A stretch of 38,135 bases of DNA. Source: Acidobacteriota bacterium (GTDB lineage Bacteria > Acidobacteriota > Terriglobia > Terriglobales > Acidobacteriaceae). The stretch's first letter is position 1. Each line of letters begins with the position of its first letter. The stretch lies in NCBI GenBank assembly GCA_003224815.1, contig QHZW01000125.1, positions 4,099-42,233 of the forward strand, read 5' to 3'. The notes below the pieces were generated by a model. That model saw only the letters and a program-made list of their open reading frames with translations. It had not been told where the DNA came from and did not search any database. Below are positions 34,776 to 38,135 of the stretch, piece by piece. The position numbers and the translations under genes are program-made.

Positions 34776-36557
34776 ATGAAACGAGCCTTGAAGTGGGTTG
34801 GCATCATAGTCGTGATTCTCATCGTTGTGGTTCTCGTACTTCCCTTCCTGATCAACGTAAATGCCTTTCGTCCTCGCATAGAGTCTGAGCTGACCAATGC
34901 CCTGGGCCGCAAAGTTACAGTTGGAAACCTCAGCTTATCGCTTTGGTCAGGCAGTCTGGCTGCCGATAATATCGCGATTGCAGACGACCCGGCGTTCGGA
35001 AACGCGCCGTTCGTGAAGGCGGAAGCGCTGAACGTTGGCGTGAACATGATTCCACTCATATTGTCGAAGACCCTAGAGGTACGGGACATTACGCTGACGC
35101 GTCCGCAAGTTGCGCTCCTGCACACACCGGCCGGCAAATGGAACTTTTCAACAATCGGCAACTCCAGTTCGGGTAGCACGCAGCAGCAGCCTTCGAATTC
35201 TGCGCCACAGCAGTCGCAATCGGGTCAAGCTTCCAAGCCGTCACCTTCGAGTAACCAGAAGGCCCCCGCCCAATCAGCCCCGCCGTCGGGGGCAGCCCCA
35301 TCTCCTGAAAACAAAAGCGCCTCAGAACAATCGCTGGAGCAGAATCTCTCGGTCGGCAAACTCAACATTCGCAACGGCCAAATTTCGATGGGCGACACCA
35401 ATGCGCCCGGCAAAGTCCGGGTTTATAAAAACGTGGATGTTTCAGTCAAGAGCTTCTCGTTCACTTCGCAATTCCCGTTCACGCTGTCAGGCGAGCTACC
35501 AGGCGGAGGCAACGTGAAGCTCGACGGTACGGCGGGTCCCATCAACCGCTCGGATGCTTCGCTGACACCGTTGCAGGCGAAGATTTCTGTCAACCAGCTC
35601 GATCTGGCAAAATCCGGCTTCATCGATCCATCTTCTGGATTTTCCGGACTGCTGAATTTCGCAGGCACAGTCGAATCAGACGGCAATCAAGCGCGAAGCA
35701 TGGGCAATGCCACCGCTGACAAGCTGAAACTCTCGCCCAAGGGGATGCCCGCACAGCGCTCCGTTGCCTTGAAATATGCAACGAACTACAGTCTGCAGAA
35801 AGAATCCGGCCAGCTTACGCAGGGTGATGTTTCGGTCGGCAAGGCCAGTGCTAAATTGAGCGGAACATACGACCTTCACGGCCCGACTGCTGTTTTGCAC
35901 ATGAAACTGAATGCGGACAACATGCCGGTTGACGACCTTCAAACCCTGCTGCCAGCGTTAGGGGTTACTTTGCCATCGGGCTCGTCGCTGCAGGGCGGCA
36001 CATTATCATCCGACCTCACGGTAGATGGCCCGGTGGACAAAATGAATATTGTGGGCCCGGTCAAACTCGCGAACACAAAGCTCGTAGGTTTCGATATGGG
36101 GTCAAAGATGGCAGCGATCTCTGCGTTGAGCGGAGCCAAGACGGGTCCCGACACCAGCATCCAGAACTTCAGCTCCGACGTGCATTATTCTCCTGCGGGA
36201 ATTCAGACCCAGAATGTCAACCTGGTGCTTCCCGCACTGGGCACGGTAACCGGAAGTGGGACAGTAAGCCCGCAGAATGCCCTTGATTACAAGATGAGCG
36301 CCAACCTCAGTGGAAGCGTGGTCAGTGGCGTCTCACAAATGGCCGGCTTGGGTGGCAAGGGCGCCACTATCCCGTTTTTTATCCAGGGCACAGCCTCTGA
36401 CCCCAAGTTTGTTCCGGACGTAAAAGGAATGGTCGGCAGCCAACTCAGTAATCAATTGGGCCAGCGTCTGGGATCGCAAGTTCCCGGCGGCCAAAACACG
36501 CAGGGCGTAGTCAACTCCATTACCGGGTTGTTCGGAAAAAAGAAGAAGAAACCATAG
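34776..36557 (+). CDS. AsmA-family outer-membrane biogenesis protein
   Basis: N-terminal TM anchor, then AFRPRIESELTNALGRKVTVGNLSLSLWSG. Ser/Gln/Pro-rich linker. ATG at 34776 with a GGAGG SD. Confidence 0.8.
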   Translation: MKRALKWVGIIVVILIVVVLVLPFLINVNAFRPRIESELTNALGRKVTVGNLSLSLWSGSLAADNIAIADDPAFGNAPFVKAEALNVGVNMIPLILSKTLEVRDITLTRPQVALLHTPAGKWNFSTIGNSSSGSTQQQPSNSAPQQSQSGQASKPSPSSNQKAPAQSAPPSGAAPSPENKSASEQSLEQNLSVGKLNIRNGQISMGDTNAPGKVRVYKNVDVSVKSFSFTSQFPFTLSGELPGGGNVKLDGTAGPINRSDASLTPLQAKISVNQLDLAKSGFIDPSSGFSGLLNFAGTVESDGNQARSMGNATADKLKLSPKGMPAQRSVALKYATNYSLQKESGQLTQGDVSVGKASAKLSGTYDLHGPTAVLHMKLNADNMPVDDLQTLLPALGVTLPSGSSLQGGTLSSDLTVDGPVDKMNIVGPVKLANTKLVGFDMGSKMAAISALSGAKTGPDTSIQNFSSDVHYSPAGIQTQNVNLVLPALGTVTGSGTVSPQNALDYKMSANLSGSVVSGVSQMAGLGGKGATIPFFIQGTASDPKFVPDVKGMVGSQLSNQLGQRLGSQVPGGQNTQGVVNSITGLFGKKKKKP

Positions 36558-36616
36558 TTATTGCAGCGTTACGAATGCGACGCTGTTAGCCATTCAGAGT
36601 TTTTAACGACTTTACG

Positions 36617-38080
36617 TCAAACGTAGCCGAGTCCGGCAAGACGGTCATGAACGGTTTTTTCCCCTTCAGTGTCGCTGGAATTGCCACTATGGGTCTTCTT
36701 CTCGAGACCTGCAACCAGGGAACGACCTTGCATCGAGTCGGGAATTTCGTATCCAGCGAGATCCAGAAGCGTGGGTGCGATATCGAGCAGCCGCGCGCCC
36801 TCATATTCGCCGCTCAATGGGCAGTTCGGTGCTGCAAGAATAAACGTACCGAACTGCGCATGATTGCAACCGTCGGGGCCGGTATCGTTCTCCTGCACGT
36901 GGATGGCGGGATGCCCGATTGTTCCAATCGAGCGCCAATAAAGCCCGCCGAAGTGCACGATGAGATCGGGCGCAACGTTGCGAACATTCTGGTAAAGCTC
37001 TTTCGGCTTAAAGACCAGAGAATTGAGCGCTTGGCCCTTGTCATCAGTTAATGCTTCAAATTTTGCTTTGATTTCATTCTGGAAGGCTTCATATTCCGCC
37101 GCTGAAATCACACCATTCGGCTCCCGCCCTTGCATGTTGAAGAAAACGCGCGCATAGTAGCCGCCTTCACTCCAGACTCGCGTTTTTGACCAGTCAACGT
37201 TCAGCTTGTCGAAAGGCGTGAGTGTCTTTGGGTAATCGTTAAGCACCAGCAGCCCTTCGCGAATCAGCCACTCGTTGACGGCAATGCCGCCATCGAGCCG
37301 CTGAGCGCCGTGATCGGAGACGACGAGAACAATCGTTTCCTCATCGAGCAGTTCGAGCGCTTTGCCAATCTGCTCATCAAGCCACAGATAGTACTCCGGA
37401 ATTGCGTTCTGATATGGATTGCCGGGCTCGAACTGTACGTGCTTCTCGTCAAAGTAATTCCAGAAGCCATGGTGCATGCGGTCGAGGCCGATATCCACGA
37501 AATGGAAGTAGTCCCATTCGTGCTCCTTCAGCAGCCAATGGACCACCCTCCACTGCTTTTCACTCATTTTGAAAATTTCGTCTTTGAGCCAGTCTTTGCG
37601 GTCGGTGCGGAAATTCTTTACGTCAACCGGATATTCCCCGACGAGATCGTTGATCTTTGCTTTGAAGGATGCCGGATGAGTGAAGTCGTTCTTCGTCGTG
37701 TCTGGAGTCAGAAAGCATCCCACGCTGATGCCATTGATTTTGCGCGGAGGATAGTTCGGCGGCACGCCGACAATGATGGACCGCTTCCCTTCGCGCGCGA
37801 GTTGGTCCCAGATGGCAAGCGCCTTGATGGAAGCCGAATTAGCGAAACCGAGCTTGTCGTAGGAATGATCCACGCGATTGCGAAACCCATAGACTCCGAG
37901 CGAACCCGGGTCCTGGCTGGTGCACATGCACATCCACGCAGGAACAGTAATTGGCGGATACACGCTTTCCAAGCGTCCGTAAACACCTGCTTCCATCAAA
38001 CGACGAAGATTCACCAGGCGCTCGTCGCCGAAGACGATTTCGGGGGCGGCGCAGTCGAGTCCTAAAACACAGATTTTCAT
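36617..38080 (-). CDS. Alkaline-phosphatase-superfamily enzyme (type I phosphodiesterase / nucleotide pyrophosphatase-like)
   Basis: VLGLDCAAPE, nucleophile segment PPITVPAW, VVSDHG metal-binding motif. No obvious signal peptide. Confidence 0.8.
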   Translation of the reverse strand: MKICVLGLDCAAPEIVFGDERLVNLRRLMEAGVYGRLESVYPPITVPAWMCMCTSQDPGSLGVYGFRNRVDHSYDKLGFANSASIKALAIWDQLAREGKRSIIVGVPPNYPPRKINGISVGCFLTPDTTKNDFTHPASFKAKINDLVGEYPVDVKNFRTDRKDWLKDEIFKMSEKQWRVVHWLLKEHEWDYFHFVDIGLDRMHHGFWNYFDEKHVQFEPGNPYQNAIPEYYLWLDEQIGKALELLDEETIVLVVSDHGAQRLDGGIAVNEWLIREGLLVLNDYPKTLTPFDKLNVDWSKTRVWSEGGYYARVFFNMQGREPNGVISAAEYEAFQNEIKAKFEALTDDKGQALNSLVFKPKELYQNVRNVAPDLIVHFGGLYWRSIGTIGHPAIHVQENDTGPDGCNHAQFGTFILAAPNCPLSGEYEGARLLDIAPTLLDLAGYEIPDSMQGRSLVAGLEKKTHSGNSSDTEGEKTVHDRLAGLGYV

Positions 38081-38135
38081 GAGAGCAAACTTTTGCCTTC
38101 TATCGATTGTGGGATTGGAACTCCTAAATACTTCA

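Noticed and set aside
37310-38065. 251-aa plus-strand ORF
   Set aside because: It is antisense to the AlkP-superfamily gene, which has clear catalytic motifs. This is a shadow ORF.
1-38135. CRISPR arrays, transposases, integrases, prophage genes, toxin-antitoxin pairs or known defence genes
   Set aside because: No regularly spaced repeats and no ORF with recombinase, transposase or defence-type motifs were seen. All intergenic gaps are under about 270 nt, or under about 475 nt if the orphan ORF at 4742-5068 is not real.

Overview
Densely packed chromosomal window with about 38 protein-coding genes on both strands, many with 4-nt start/stop overlaps. I found no rRNA, tRNA, CRISPR array, transposase, integrase or phage genes. 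All family calls come from motifs read in the ORF translations, with no database search. Content is mostly housekeeping: partial PiT phosphate transporter, ribBA-like, ribF, ygfZ, tmk, holB, zapA, thrC-thrB, a CCA/poly(A)-polymerase-family nucleotidyltransferase, a CDF-OsmC-EamA operon, M61 peptidase, rhomboid protease, AsmA and an AlkP/NPP-family enzyme. The gene repertoire feels Acidobacteriota-like, but that is only an impression. There is no clear defence or mobile island, so candidates for an undescribed system are modest. Best candidates: (1) a small duplicated beta-rich protein + ChlI/BchI-like AAA+ ATPase (Walker B reads NE) + vWA/MIDAS protein with no client encoded nearby (14462-17835); (2) a tightly coupled trio of IPMDH/tartrate-dehydrogenase-like enzyme, ThiS-like carrier with 6 residues after its GG, and a DUF4188-like protein (2872-4688); (3) a CDGSH Fe-S protein coupled to a Tat-exported flavoprotein. 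Other oddities: degenerate GTP-cyclohydrolase-II half in RibBA, a CDF transporter with three tandem cytoplasmic domains, a nucleotidyltransferase with a Pro10 run and histone-H1-like tail, a frameshifted Tat-signal GH94-like gene wedged between tmk and holB, a ZapB-ZapA fusion, a GT4 missing a segment after its EX7E motif, and two small DNA repeat/palindrome sets.
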